Part shown: piece by piece, positions 13,130 through 23,845 of the stretch
Layout: every line of letters starts with the position of its first letter
How positions within the stretch are numbered: the stretch's first letter is position 1
From: Chiloscyllium plagiosum
Lineage: Eukaryota
DNA: 45,537 nucleotides
Reading direction: 5' to 3'
NCBI RefSeq assembly: GCF_004010195.1
Contig: NW_025215213.1
Span: 27,594 to 73,130, forward strand
Program-made: the position numbers and the translations under genes
Notes under the pieces: generated by a model
Database searches by the model: none
Told to the model about the DNA's origin: nothing
Seen by the model: the letters and a program-made list of their open reading frames with translations, nothing else

Positions 13130-13347
13130 GCTGAAAATGTGTTGCTGGAAAAGCGCAGCAGGTCAGGCAGCATCCAGGGAACAGGAGAATTGACGTTTCG
13201 GGCATAAGCCCTTCTTCAGGGCCGTTCTGAAGAAGGGCTTATGCCCGAAACGTCGATTCTCCTGTTCCCTGGATGCTGCCTGACCTGCTTTTCCAGCAAC
13301 ACATTTTCAGCTCTGATCTCCAGCATCTGCAGACCTCACTTTCTCCT
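13130..13347. mobile_element. ~218-bp non-coding palindromic PLE-derived insertion with two outward-facing hammerhead cores
   Basis: Arms 13130-13219 and 13227-13311 are inverted repeats; 36-nt extra tail 13312-13347; TACAGAATTGGCTG duplicated at 13120-13133 and 13347-13360. Confidence 0.88.
13227..13256 (+). ncRNA. Minimal type I hammerhead ribozyme core
   Basis: CTGAAGA-A-GGGC-TTAT-GCCC-GAAA-CGTC: CUGANGA box, helix II, GAAA box, palindromic ACGU helix III, GUC site; mirror copy on - at about 13192-13219; helix I is weak. Confidence 0.7.
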
Positions 13348-14133
13348 ACAGAATTGGCTGGTCAACAGAAGACAGCGAGTGGTAGTGGAAGGAAAATATT
13401 CTGCCTGGAAGTCAGTGGTGAGTGGTGTTGCACAGGGCTCTGTTCTTGGGCCTCTACTGTTTGTAATTTTTATTCATGACTTGGATGAGGGGATTTAAGG
13501 ATGGATCAGCAAGTTTGCAGATGACACAAAGGTTGGAGGTGTCATTGACAGTATAGAGGGCTGTTGTAGGATGCAGCGGGACATTGACAGGATGCAGAGA
13601 TGGGCTGAGAGGTGGCAGATGGAGATCAACCTGGGTAAATGCGAGGTGATGCATTTTAGAAGGTCGAATTTGAAAGCTGAGTACAGGATTAAGGATAGGA
13701 TTCTTGGCAGTGTGGAGGAACAGAGGGATCTTGGTGTGCAGGTACATAGATCCCTTAAAATGGCCACCCAAGTGGACAGGGTTGTTAAGAAAGCATATGG
13801 TGTTTTGGCTTTCATTAACAAGGGGATTGAGTTTAAGAGCCATGAGATCTTGTTGCAGCTCTATAAAACTTTGGTTAGACCACACTTGGAATACTGTGTC
13901 CAGTTCTGGTCGCCCTATTATAGGAAAGATGTGGATGCTTTGGAGAGGATTCAGAGGAGGTTTACCAGGATGCTGCCTGGAATGGAGGGCTTATCTTGCG
14001 AAGAGAGGTTGACTGAGCTTGGACTTTTTTCATGGAAAAAAGAAGGAAGAGAGGGGACCTAATTGAGGTGTACAAGATAATGAGAGGCCTAGATAGAGTT
14101 GATAGCCAGGGCAGAAATTGTTAACACGAGGGG

Positions 14134-15995
14134 AGAGTCTATAATACAATCCCAAGTAGGTGATCATCCCTTTCCTATTTCTGAGTTCCACCCAATTAAC
14201 TTCCCTGGATGTATTCCCGGGAATATCCTCCTTCAGTATAGCCATAATGCTATCACTTATCAAAAATGCTACTCCTTCTCCTCACTTGCCCCCTTTCTAT
14301 CCTTCCTTGGAACATCCTGAAACATTAAGCTGCCAGTCCTGTCCATCCCAGAGCCACGTCTCTGTAATTGCTATGATATCCCAGCTCCATGTTCCTAACC
14401 ATGCTCTGAAGTCATCTGCCTTCCCCGCTAGGCCTCTTGCATTGAAATAATTGCAGTTTAATTTATCAGTCCTACCTTGTTCTCTGCTTTGTTCCTGCCT
14501 GCCCTGACGGTTTGACACATGCCTTTTTCCAACTGGATCAGTCTCAGGTTGATCTCTTTTCTCACTATTTCCCTGAGATGCACCTCCCCACCTTACGAGT
14601 TTAAATCCTCCCGAGCAGCTCGAGCAAATCTCCCTGCCACTACATTAGTCCTCTTCCAATTCAGGTACAATCTGTCCATCTTGTACAGGTTACTTCTATC
14701 CCAGAAGAGATTCCAATGATCCAAAAATGTGAATGCTTCTTCCCTGCACCAGTTTCTCAGCCATACATTCATTTGTTCTATCCTCTTATTCCTACCCTCA
14801 CTAGCTTGTAGCACCGGGAGTAATCCAGATATTACTACCCTCGAGGACCTCCTTTTTAGATTCCTGCCTAACTTTCTATATTCTCCCTTTGGAATCCCAT
14901 CCTTTTCCCTTCCTATGTCATTAGTTCCAATGTGTACAATGACCTTCTGCTGGTCCCTCTCCCCTGTGAGAACATTCTGTACACTCTCTGAGATATATAT
15001 CCTTGATCCTGGCACCAGGGAGGCAACACACCATTCTGATTTTTTGCTGCTGGACCAGAAACGTCTGTCTGTGTCTCTGACTAGACAGTCCCCGATCACA
15101 ATCGATCGTTTGGAACCTGGCATACCCCATATTACGTTAGAGTCAGTCTCGATTTCAGAAACTTGGCTGTTCGTGCTACATTCCACTGAGAGTCTATTAC
15201 CCCCTACAAAACAGCAGACTTGTTTGAAATGTGGATAGCCACAGAAGACTCCTGCACTACCTGCCTACCCCTCCTACCTTTCCTGGAGTTAACTCATCTA
15301 CCTGACTGTATCTGCTGCTTTTCTCCCTTCCTGTAACTGCCATCCAACACAACCCCTAGCTCCTGCAAATTCCTTATTGCCTCTAACTGCTGCTCGAACC
15401 GACCCATGTGATCTGATAGGACTCACAACCAAAGACATAGGTCATCAGTAACATGGAAACTCTCCTTAAACTCTGACACCCGATAGGAAGTGCACATCAC
15501 TCTACTAAAGGTCATTTTTGCTCATTCATAATCTACAGGCTCAGGAATTAGCACCATTTTATTGCTCTAAAAAAACACTGCTCCAGGTAAACTTTGTACC
15601 TATGTTTTGTATTTTTAAAATTTAATCAAGAAATAAATATCAATAAAACATTTAATCAAAAAAGAACCCACCTAGTCACTATTGTACAAAAAACAGCAGG
15701 TTTCAATTAAAAACGATGCGCTTAGCTGCTCCCGTGCTGTGAGCGCCCCACATAGGTTTCTCCAAGGTCAGCTATGAATTTCGTTGTTTGTTCATTTTTC
15801 TTAGAAGCATTTTGATGTCCAGAGAAACTTGAAATCAAACAGTAAAGGCAGTAACTGTGCAGATTCACTGCTGTGTCAGACAGCAGCATAGGTTTCTTTC
15901 TCATTTGATTCACTGAGTTGTGGTCACTGCCTTTGTCTTTCTTCCTCCTTTTTAAAGTGCTGTTGTTTTGTTTTTTCTCGCCCAAAGTTCCAAAA
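14134..15995 (-). mobile_element. CR1 5' half (5' UTR, ORF1 esterase, start of APE endonuclease)
   Basis: IVIGD, VIVHIGTNDI, YFNARGL..DIIAITETWL and LGLYYR; the 5' UTR appears to resume near 19914 after nested inserts. Confidence 0.85.
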
Positions 15996-15999
15996 CTTT

Positions 16000-16164
16000 G
16001 GGGCGGCGTGGTGACTCAGTGGCTAGCATTGCTGCCTCACAGCGCCAGGGACCCAGGTTCGATTCCAGCCTTGGGCGTCTGTCTGTGTGGTGTTTGCACA
16101 TTTTCCCCATATCTGCATGGGTTTCCTCACGGTGCTCCGGTTTCCTCCCACAATCCAAAGATGT
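16000..16164 (+). mobile_element. HE1-type (V-SINE) tRNA-derived SINE, 5' half
   Basis: A-box-like GTGACTCAGTGG, B-box GGTTCGATTCC and V-domain GGTTTCCTC..TGCTCCGGTTTCCTCCCACA; breaks at ATGTG. Confidence 0.88.
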
Positions 16165-16602
16165 GGACGTGTTGCACCTGAACCAGAAGGGCACCAATAT
16201 CCTGGGGGGTAGGTTTGCTAGCACTCTTCGGGGGAGGTTTAAACTAATTTGGCAGGGGGATGGGATCCGGACTTGTAGTCCAGCAAGTAGGTTAGCTGTT
16301 TTTCAGGATGTCCAAGAATGTAGGGAGGCTGTGGAGAAGGTAGCACTGACAGGGAATACTTGCGGACACAGAGATGGGCTCAAGTGTGTATACTTCAATG
16401 CACGGAGCATCAGAAATAAGGTGGGTGAACTTAAGGCGTGGATCGGTACTTGGGACTATGATGTTGTGGCCATCACAGAAATGTAGATAGAAGAGGGACA
16501 GGAATGGTTGTTGGAGGTTCCTGGTTACAGATGTTTCAGTAAGATTAGGGAGGGTGGTAAAAAAGGAGGGGGGGTGGCGTTGCTAATTAGAAATGGTATA
16601 AC
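16165..16602 (+). mobile_element. CR1 ORF1/ORF2 junction, inserted into the SINE
   Basis: LHLNQKGTNILGGRF..YFNARSIRNK..YDVVAITE..GGGVALLI, running into an N-gap. Confidence 0.85.
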
Positions 16603-17531
16603 NNNNNNNNNNNNNNNNNNNNNNNNNNNNNNNNNNNNNNNNNNNNNNNNNNNNNNNNNNNNNNNNNNNNNNNNNNNNNNNNNNNNNNNNNNNNNNNNNN
16701 NNNNNNNNNNNNNNNNNNNNNNNNNNNNNNNNNNNNNNNNNNNNNNNNNNNNNNNNNNNNNNNNNNNNNNNNNNNNNNNNNNNNNNNNNNNNNNNNNNNN
16801 NNNNNNNNNNNNNNNNNNNNNNNNNNNNNNNNNNNNNNNNNNNNNNNNNNNNNNNNNNNNNNNNNNNNNNNNNNNNNNNNNNNNNNNNNNNNNNNNNNNN
16901 NNNNNNNNNNNNNNNNNNNNNNNNNNNNNNNNNNNNNNNNNNNNNNNNNNNNNNNNNNNNNNNNNNNNNNNNNNNNNNNNNNNNNNNNNNNNNNNNNNNN
17001 NNNNNNNNNNNNNNNNNNNNNNNNNNNNNNNNNNNNNNNNNNNNNNNNNNNNNNNNNNNNNNNNNNNNNNNNNNNNNNNNNNNNNNNNNNNNNNNNNNNN
17101 NNNNNNNNNNNNNNNNNNNNNNNNNNNNNNNNNNNNNNNNNNNNNNNNNNNNNNNNNNNNNNNNNNNNNNNNNNNNNNNNNNNNNNNNNNNNNNNNNNNN
17201 NNNNNNNNNNNNNNNNNNNNNNNNNNNNNNNNNNNNNNNNNNNNNNNNNNNNNNNNNNNNNNNNNNNNNNNNNNNNNNNNNNNNNNNNNNNNNNNNNNNN
17301 NNNNNNNNNNNNNNNNNNNNNNNNNNNNNNNNNNNNNNNNNNNNNNNNNNNNNNNNNNNNNNNNNNNNNNNNNNNNNNNNNNNNNNNNNNNNNNNNNNNN
17401 NNNNNNNNNNNNNNNNNNNNNNNNNNNNNNNNNNNNNNNNNNNNNNNNNNNNNNNNNNNNNNNNNNNNNNNNNNNNNNNNNNNNNNNNNNNNNNNNNNNN
17501 NNNNNNNNNNNNNNNNNNNNNNNNNNNNNNN

Positions 17532-17815
17532 ACTATGGGACAATTTAGCACGGCCAATCCACCCTAACCTGCACATCTCTGGGCACTATGGGACAATTTA
17601 GCACGGCCAATCCACCCTAACCTGCACATCTCTGGGCACTATGGGACAATTTAGCACGGCCAATCCACCCTAACCTGCACATCTCTGGGCACTATGGGAC
17701 AATTTAGCACGGCCAATCCACCCTAACCTGCACATCCCTGGACTGTGGGAGGAAACCGGAGCACCCGGAGGAAACCCACGCAGACACAGGGAGAATGTGC
17801 AAACTCCATACAGAC
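17532..17815 (-). repeat. 53-bp tandem array (4 visible copies) built from the HE1-type SINE body, followed by the SINE V-domain
   Basis: Units start at 17532, 17585, 17638 and 17691; the first three are identical; the array abuts an N-gap. Confidence 0.92.
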
Positions 17816-18352
17816 GTTCTATTGTCCTTTCAAATTGTTTTTTATTACTGTTTGTTTTCTATGTTGACCTGATGTTTTTGCAGTATTCCAATCGTACTTT
17901 AAGCAAAGCTTAATATCGTCTTGGTGTAATCTTTCAATTCTTTATCCGTAGGAAGAAACTGTAGTGTTGTTTTTAATGATCGTATTGACCCACGCTGCTA
18001 CTTTTATGCTTGTGATTTATGTGTTTGTTTTTCTTCCACTTAGCTGCTGGTGAAACTCATTTTTTTTTTACATAACCATTCTCCGAACTGATGTCTCCCT
18101 GTAATTGTCCTTGCTACTGACTCGCCCATTCGATTTGTCGTCATCCGCAAATTTAGAAATTGTTTTCACAAACCTCAGGTCGAAATCAATGGGTGTGAAT
18201 TATCAGGAGCAGTGATCCTAACATCGATTTGGCTGCGTCATTATTTCCTACTACCCTGCTACTCCAGTAAGTGCCCACTCTGAATCAAGATTTATGATTT
18301 ATGTAGCCTTCGTTGGAATCCTACATATATTACATCTACTGAATTTCCCTAA

Positions 18353-19050
18353 TAGAGTGTTAAAGCAATGAAACAGACCCTACGATCCAACCAGTCCACG
18401 CCGAACGCAGTCCCAATCTAAACTAGTCCCACCGGCCTGCTCCTGGCCCAAATCCCTCCAAACCCTATCCTATTCGTGTCCTTATCCAAATGTCCTTAAA
18501 ATGTCGTAACTGCACCCGCATCCACCACTTCCTCAGCAAGTTCATTCCACATATGAACCACCCTCTGTGTAAACAATTTGCCCCTCACGTCTTTTTAAAT
18601 TCTCTTTCCTCTCACCTTCAAAATGTATCCTCTAGTCTTGAAATCCCCCATCCTGAGAAAAAGGCCACTATTATTAACTCTATCTATACCCCTCATTAAG
18701 GTCGCCTCTCAACCTGCTGTGCTCCCAGCTTAACCAGCTTCCCTTTAGAAGTCAAAACTTGCTTACCTGACAACATCCTGGTAAATCTCTTCTGAACCCT
18801 CTCCAGTTTACGAACATCCTGCCTATAGCAGGGCGACTAGAACTCCATACAAAACTCCAGACGAGGCCTCACCAATGTCCTGTACAACCTCAACATGAGG
18901 TCCCAACTCCTACACTCAAAGGACTGAGCAGTTGAGGCTAGCATGCCAAACACCTTTTTAACCATCCTGTCTACATGTGATGTGAACGTCCAAGATTATA
19001 CACCTGAACCCCGAGGTCCCTCTGTTCCACAACACTACCCAAGGCACTGT
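18353..19050 (-). mobile_element. Older HER1-like CR1 3' portion
   Basis: Similar to 6811-7520 and 44706-45345 (GAAACAGACCCT..CCAACCAGTCC 3' UTR on +). Confidence 0.8.
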
Positions 19051-19056
19051 CATTAA

Positions 19057-19764
19057 TTGAATAAGCCCTATGCAGGATACAGGGTTAATGGTAGGGTTCT
19101 TAGTAAGGTGGAGGGGCAGAGGGATCTTGGGGTCTATGTTCATAGGTCTTTGGGAGTTGCCACTCAGGTGGATAGAGCTTGTAAGAAGGCCTATGGTGTA
19201 TTTGCGTTCATTAGCAGAGGGATTGAATTCAAGAGTCGTGAGGTGATGTTGCAACTGTATAGGACCTTGGTAAGGCCACATTTGGAGTACTGTGTGCAGT
19301 TCTGGTCACCTCATTTTAGGAAAGATGTAGAAGCTTTGGAGAGGGTGCAGAGGAGATTTACCAGGATGTTGCCTGGAATGGAGAATAGGTCGTATGAGGA
19401 TAGGTTGAGAGTGCTAGCCTTTTCTCATTGGAACAGCGAAGGATGAGGGGTGACTTGATAGAGGTTTATAAGATGATCAGGGAAAACACAGAGTAGACAG
19501 TCAGAGACTTTTTCCCCGGGTACAACAGAGTGTTACAAGGGGACATAAATTTAAGGTGAAGGGTGGACGGTATAGGGGGGATGTCAGGGGTAGGTTCTTT
19601 ACCCAGAGAGTGGTGGGGGCATGGAATGCACTGCCTGTGGGAGTGGCAGAGTCAGAATCATTGGTGACCTTTAAGCGGCAATTGGATAGGTACATGGGCC
19701 TTCGGCACAACATCGTGGGCCGGAGGGCCTGTTCTGTGCTGTATTGTTCTATGTTCTATGTTCT
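19057..19764 (+). mobile_element. Young CR1 3' portion
   Basis: ORF 19057-19446 RDLGV..LEYCVQFWSPH; (TTCTATG)n tail. Confidence 0.9.
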
Positions 19765-19913
19765 ATGTGCAGGTTAGGTGAATTGGCCATGCTAAATTGC
19801 CTGTAGTGTTAGGTGCATTAGTCAGGGGTGAATGTAGGGGAATGGGTCTGGGTGGATTCGGTGTGGACTTATTGGCCGAAGGGCCTGTTTCCACATTGTA
19901 GGGAATCTAATCT
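19765..19913 (+). mobile_element. HE1-type SINE, 3' half
   Basis: ATGTGCAGGTTAGGTGAATTGGCCATGCTAAATTG..GGGCCTGTTTCCAC..AATCTAATCTA; colinear with the intact copy at 22612-22933. Confidence 0.88.
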
Positions 19914-20429
19914 AAAAACAATGCAACAGCTTATAAAACAGTCATTACTGCTCCTAGAATTCAAGGAAATCAGCTCCCACACTGAAATTACCTTGAGAAA
20001 AGAGTAGCTCTTACAGTCACAACTTTTTCCCATCCTGCATCTCAGATTACCCAGAATTCTCTTTTCTTCCTGTGAGAAGCCTGTGCAATGTTGCGAGACT
20101 GGGTGATGGGGAGAAGGTCATTGATAGAATAATGAGAAGTAGATGGAGTAGTTTGGCAGTGTTTTCAAATGGGTAGTACAGATTGGGCTGAATGGTCACC
20201 TTCTGTGGTAAGGGATTCTATGAATAACAACACTTGATCATGGATCCACAATTTATTGGTTAATGCTCGTTAATTGAATCTTCAGTTGTGCCTCAAACTG
20301 CCAGTGATTCTCAAAAAGATGCAATTAAAACCTAATGCCAATATAGGCAAAAGGATCAATTGTTAGGGTGCCCTGTCAATAATCCCAAAACTAGAGGCAC
20401 CTAAGTTTCTAGTCCAGTGGTCTTTTAAA

Positions 20430-21360
20430 ATGACATAGATGAGGAAGTGGAAGGGTGGATTAGTAAGATTGCTGATGAGTTTTGTTGTGGATAGTGTGGA
20501 AGGCGGTTGTAGGTTGCAACGGGACATTGACAGGTTGCAGAGCTGGGCTGAGAAGTGGCATATTGAGTTCAACCTGGAAAAATGTGAAGTGATTAATTTT
20601 GGAAGGTTGAATTTGAATAGAGAATATAAGGTTAAAGGCAGGATTTTTGGCAGTGTGGAGGAACAGAGGGATCTTGGGGTCCATGTCCATAGATCCCTCA
20701 AAATTGCCACCCAAGTTGATAGGGTTTTAAGAAGGCATATGGTGTGTTGCTTTCATTAGCAGGGGGATTGAGTTTACGAGCCGTGAGTTTATACTGCAGC
20801 TCTACAGAGCCCTGGTTAGACCACACTTAAATATTGTGTTCAGTTCTGGTCACCTCATGAAAGAAAGGATGTGGAAACTTTAGAGAGGGTGCAGAGGAGA
20901 CTTACCAGGATACTACCTGGACTGGAGGGCATGTCTTATGAAGAAAGGTTGAGGGAGCTAAGGCTTTCCCATTGGAGCAAAGAAGGATGAGAGGTGACTT
21001 GATAGAGGTGTACAAGATGTTGAGAGGCATAGATAGAGTGGATAGCCAGAGACTTCTTCCTATGGCAGAAAAATCTACCATGTGGGGGCATAATTTCAAG
21101 GTAATTGGAGGAAGGTTTAAGGGAGATGTCAGAGGGAGGTTCTTTACACAGGGAGTGGTGGGTGCATGGAGTACACTGCCAGCGGTGGGAGTAGAATCAG
21201 ATACATTTGGGATATATAAACAATTCTTAGGCAGGCACATGGATGATAGTAAAATGTTGGGCATGCAGGTTTGTTTGATCTTAGAATAAGGTTAAAAGGT
21301 CCGCACAGCATCGAGGGCCCAAGGGCCTCTACTGTGCTGTATTGTTCTATCTTCTATGTT
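20430..21360 (+). mobile_element. CR1 ORF2 3' portion
   Basis: LQRDIDRLQSWAEKW..RDLGV..RGDLIEVYK; TTCTATC-TTCTATG tail. Confidence 0.88.
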
Positions 21361-21764
21361 TCCTACTAGAAGCAGAAATGGAAATAGAATTGGTAATTAC
21401 TGTTGCCAAACCTAGCACTTTGCATAATCACTAGACATTTTGAGTATTTTTAATCCTTTTAATTGCGGCATATCTTTGCTCTGGTCCTCTTTCCACACCT
21501 TGCATGTCTTGCTTAGTTATTGACAGGGATTCATTCTTAAATGCCAGGTTAGGCAAAACAACCCCACTCTAATCACCATTCCTAAAAATCACTGAAACTC
21601 TGACATTAAACAGAGGTGACATTCTTTTGAAGTGAATATGATGGCCATCTTCTACCTCTTAAGATGATCATTTGAATTGCTGTGGCTAACTTTGTTAAGC
21701 ATCACCTTGCATGGCTTAGGTGACTCCCCTCCCCCAATCACAAAACAAAGTTGAATCAAAAATA

Positions 21765-22315
21765 TCTGGAGAAACTGCTAAGAGTTGCAAAGTTACAGAG
21801 GAGAGAACATTGCCAGAATGAGACTTGTGTTAGTTCCAGTTGCAGTAAGCAATATGTATATTTACCTAATGAATGTAGGGAAAAGTGAGAAACCAGCCTT
21901 GTTGGTGAGAAACTGGTTTGCAGATTTTGAATTAAACTGGAACAAACATTTTTTATGTAGAAGCAAAATTCACAAAACAACATGATCACCCGGTGCACCC
22001 AGGTGTTGTATGAAACCAGCAAATTGATTAAAGGATATGAAGTGAACATGTGAGTTCAGAGGACCACATGGCCAGTTTATTGCAAGTCTTATCCAGTGTG
22101 AGGAAGGACATTGTGTAAGAACTGAAAATATTTGAGACGGAGGCCATTAACCCTAAAGTAAAACAAAGTACAGTGACTGGGCTACTCCCATTGTGATAGC
22201 ATAAAGTCAGTGGCAGTGCACAGTGCATGTGTGAGAATTATAAAGTAACCATAAACCAGAATAATTCAACTAATAATTTGCCAAGCGGGAGGATCTATTC
22301 ACAATGTTGTTTGGG
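21765..22315 (+). mobile_element. Decayed Gypsy pol (protease end to RT start)
   Basis: LQSYRGENI..KPALLVRNWF..LNW; YSDWATPIV; CENYKVTINQ; EDLFTML.GG, resembling the SEWATPIV/CGDYKVTIN/EDLF motifs of Gypsy RT. Confidence 0.75.
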
Positions 22316-22611
22316 GGGGAGGGGAGAGGTGTGGCATTGTTAGTCAAGGACAGTATTACGGTGGCAGAAAGGATGTTTGAGGACTCGTCTACTGAGGCAG
22401 TATGGACTGAGGTTAGAAACAGGAAAGGAGTGGTCACTCAATTGGGAGTTTTCTATAAGCCTCTTAATAGTTCCAGAGATGTAGAGAAAAGGATAGCAAA
22501 ACTGATTCTCGATAGGAGCAAGAGTGACAGGGTAGTTGTTAAGGGGTCTTTAACTTTCCAAATATTGACTGGGAATACTTTAGATGAGTCAGTTTTTGTC
22601 CAATGTGTGCA

Positions 22612-22933
22612 GGACGGCGGCACGGTGGTTCGCATTGCTGCCTCACAGCGCCAGAGACCCGCGTTCAATTCCCACCTCAGGCAACTGTCTGTGTGGAGTT
22701 TGTACATTCACCCCATGTCTGTGTGGGTTTCTTCCGGATGCTCCGGTTTCCTCCCACAGTCCAAAAATGCGCAGGTTAGGTGAATTGGCCATGCTAAATT
22801 GCCCCTACTGTTAGGTGAAGGGGTAAATGTAGGGGAATGGGTCTAGGTGGGTTGCTCTTCGGAGGGTCGGTGTGGACTTGTTGGGCTGAAGGGCCTGTTT
22901 CCACACTGTAAGTAATCTAATTTAATCTAATCT
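22612..22933 (+). mobile_element. Full-length HE1-type SINE
   Basis: tRNA-like head, V-domain, CR1-like 3' end and (AATCT)n tail. Confidence 0.9.
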
Positions 22934-23227
22934 TGTCAAGAGGAATAAGAAGGCTTGTGCTAGGACTAGACGTGAAGGCTCAGTTAGGGCGCTTGAGAGT
23001 TACAATTAACCAGAAAAGACCTAAAGCGAGAGCTAAATGAGCCAGGAGGGGACATGAGAAGTCATTGGCAGATAGGATCAAGGAAAACCCTAAGGTATAT
23101 CAGGAGTAAAGGAATGACCAGAGTAAGATTAGGGCCAATCAAGGATAGATTAGGGCCAATCAAGGGAATTTGTGCGTGGAGTCAGAGGAAATAGGGAAAG
23201 CGATAAATGAATATTTTTCGTGAGTAT

Positions 23228-23845
23228 TGTTAGACTTTGGCTCAATCTACCAACTTACTTTCTTCTATGTGTGAGCCAAGTCCTGCGTGTTCTTTTAAAT
23301 GAAGCAATAGGAGAAGATATTCGGTCTCACACTCTTAATTTATTTTAAACAGTAAGTGGACAAAGCATTCAGAGCTCTGGGTCTAAACCTTTTTGTCCCT
23401 GACAAACTACAAAGTGTGCCAGTTCAAAAAGTAAGACCTCGTTCTGTCCCTGCCCCAGTCTTTTATACAATAAAAAACGTCATATAAACACTGAGGTAGA
23501 ATTATCTTCTGATTGGGTGTTGATCTGACTCCATTTCCCGCCTCCTCGCATTCCCGAATGTCCGACCCCACGTGACCTTCTTTTGCCCGCGAAATGGAGC
23601 ATCACGTGACCTCCTCGGCCCGCTTCCTAGGCGCGAAACGGGACGCCACGTGACTGCCCCGCACTCTTCCGGGGCGCGAAACGGGACGCCACGTGACCAC
23701 CCCCGCACTCTTCCGGGGCCCGAAACGGGATGTCACGTGACCGCCCCCTGCGTGGGTCACACAACGTCACCACAGGCTTCTGAATGCTGAATACATCCAC
23801 AGTCACAGCCAGGCTTCTGTTTTTCAAGTAAGCCATATATTTACA
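23228..23845 (-). mobile_element. Solo LTR (618 bp, TG..CA, 4-bp TSD)
   Basis: Starts TGTTAG and ends TTTACA; GTAT at 23224-23227 and 23846-23849; interrupts CR1 EYFS.VFT; minus-strand order CCAAT (23512-16), TATAAAA (23461-67), AATAAA (23339-44). Confidence 0.88.
23534..23745. promoter_or_regulatory. Tandem ~43-44 bp enhancer-like array in the LTR U3
   Basis: CACGTGAC at 23569, 23603, 23647, 23690 and 23734; E2F-type GCGCGAAA at 23631 and 23674, CCGCGAAA at 23587, TTTCCCGC at 23534; ETS-type CTTCCGG at 23666 and 23710. Confidence 0.7.

Larger units (their letters stand above)
10973..14133 (+). mobile_element. Long CR1 LINE (end of ORF1 esterase, gap, ORF2 RT)
   Basis: LNTWLRSWCRREGF..DGLHLN; KEPWMT; YRPVSLTSVVCK; DFSKAFDKVPH; KFADD; LEYCVQFWSP. 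Confidence 0.9.

Noticed and set aside
13130..13347. Classical DNA-transposon MITE
   Set aside because: The asymmetric 36-nt tail, variable 13-14 bp TSDs, hammerhead cores and similarity to the pLTR behind a GIY-YIG fragment fit a Penelope origin better
16000..16070. tRNA gene
   Set aside because: The A/B boxes continue directly into the SINE body and there is no complete cloverleaf
17532..17745. CRISPR-like regular repeat
   Set aside because: Units are contiguous and identical with no spacers, they derive from a SINE, and the context is eukaryotic with no cas genes
23502..23836. Arg/Gly/Pro-rich small ORFs
   Set aside because: Translation by-products of the GC-rich LTR repeat array
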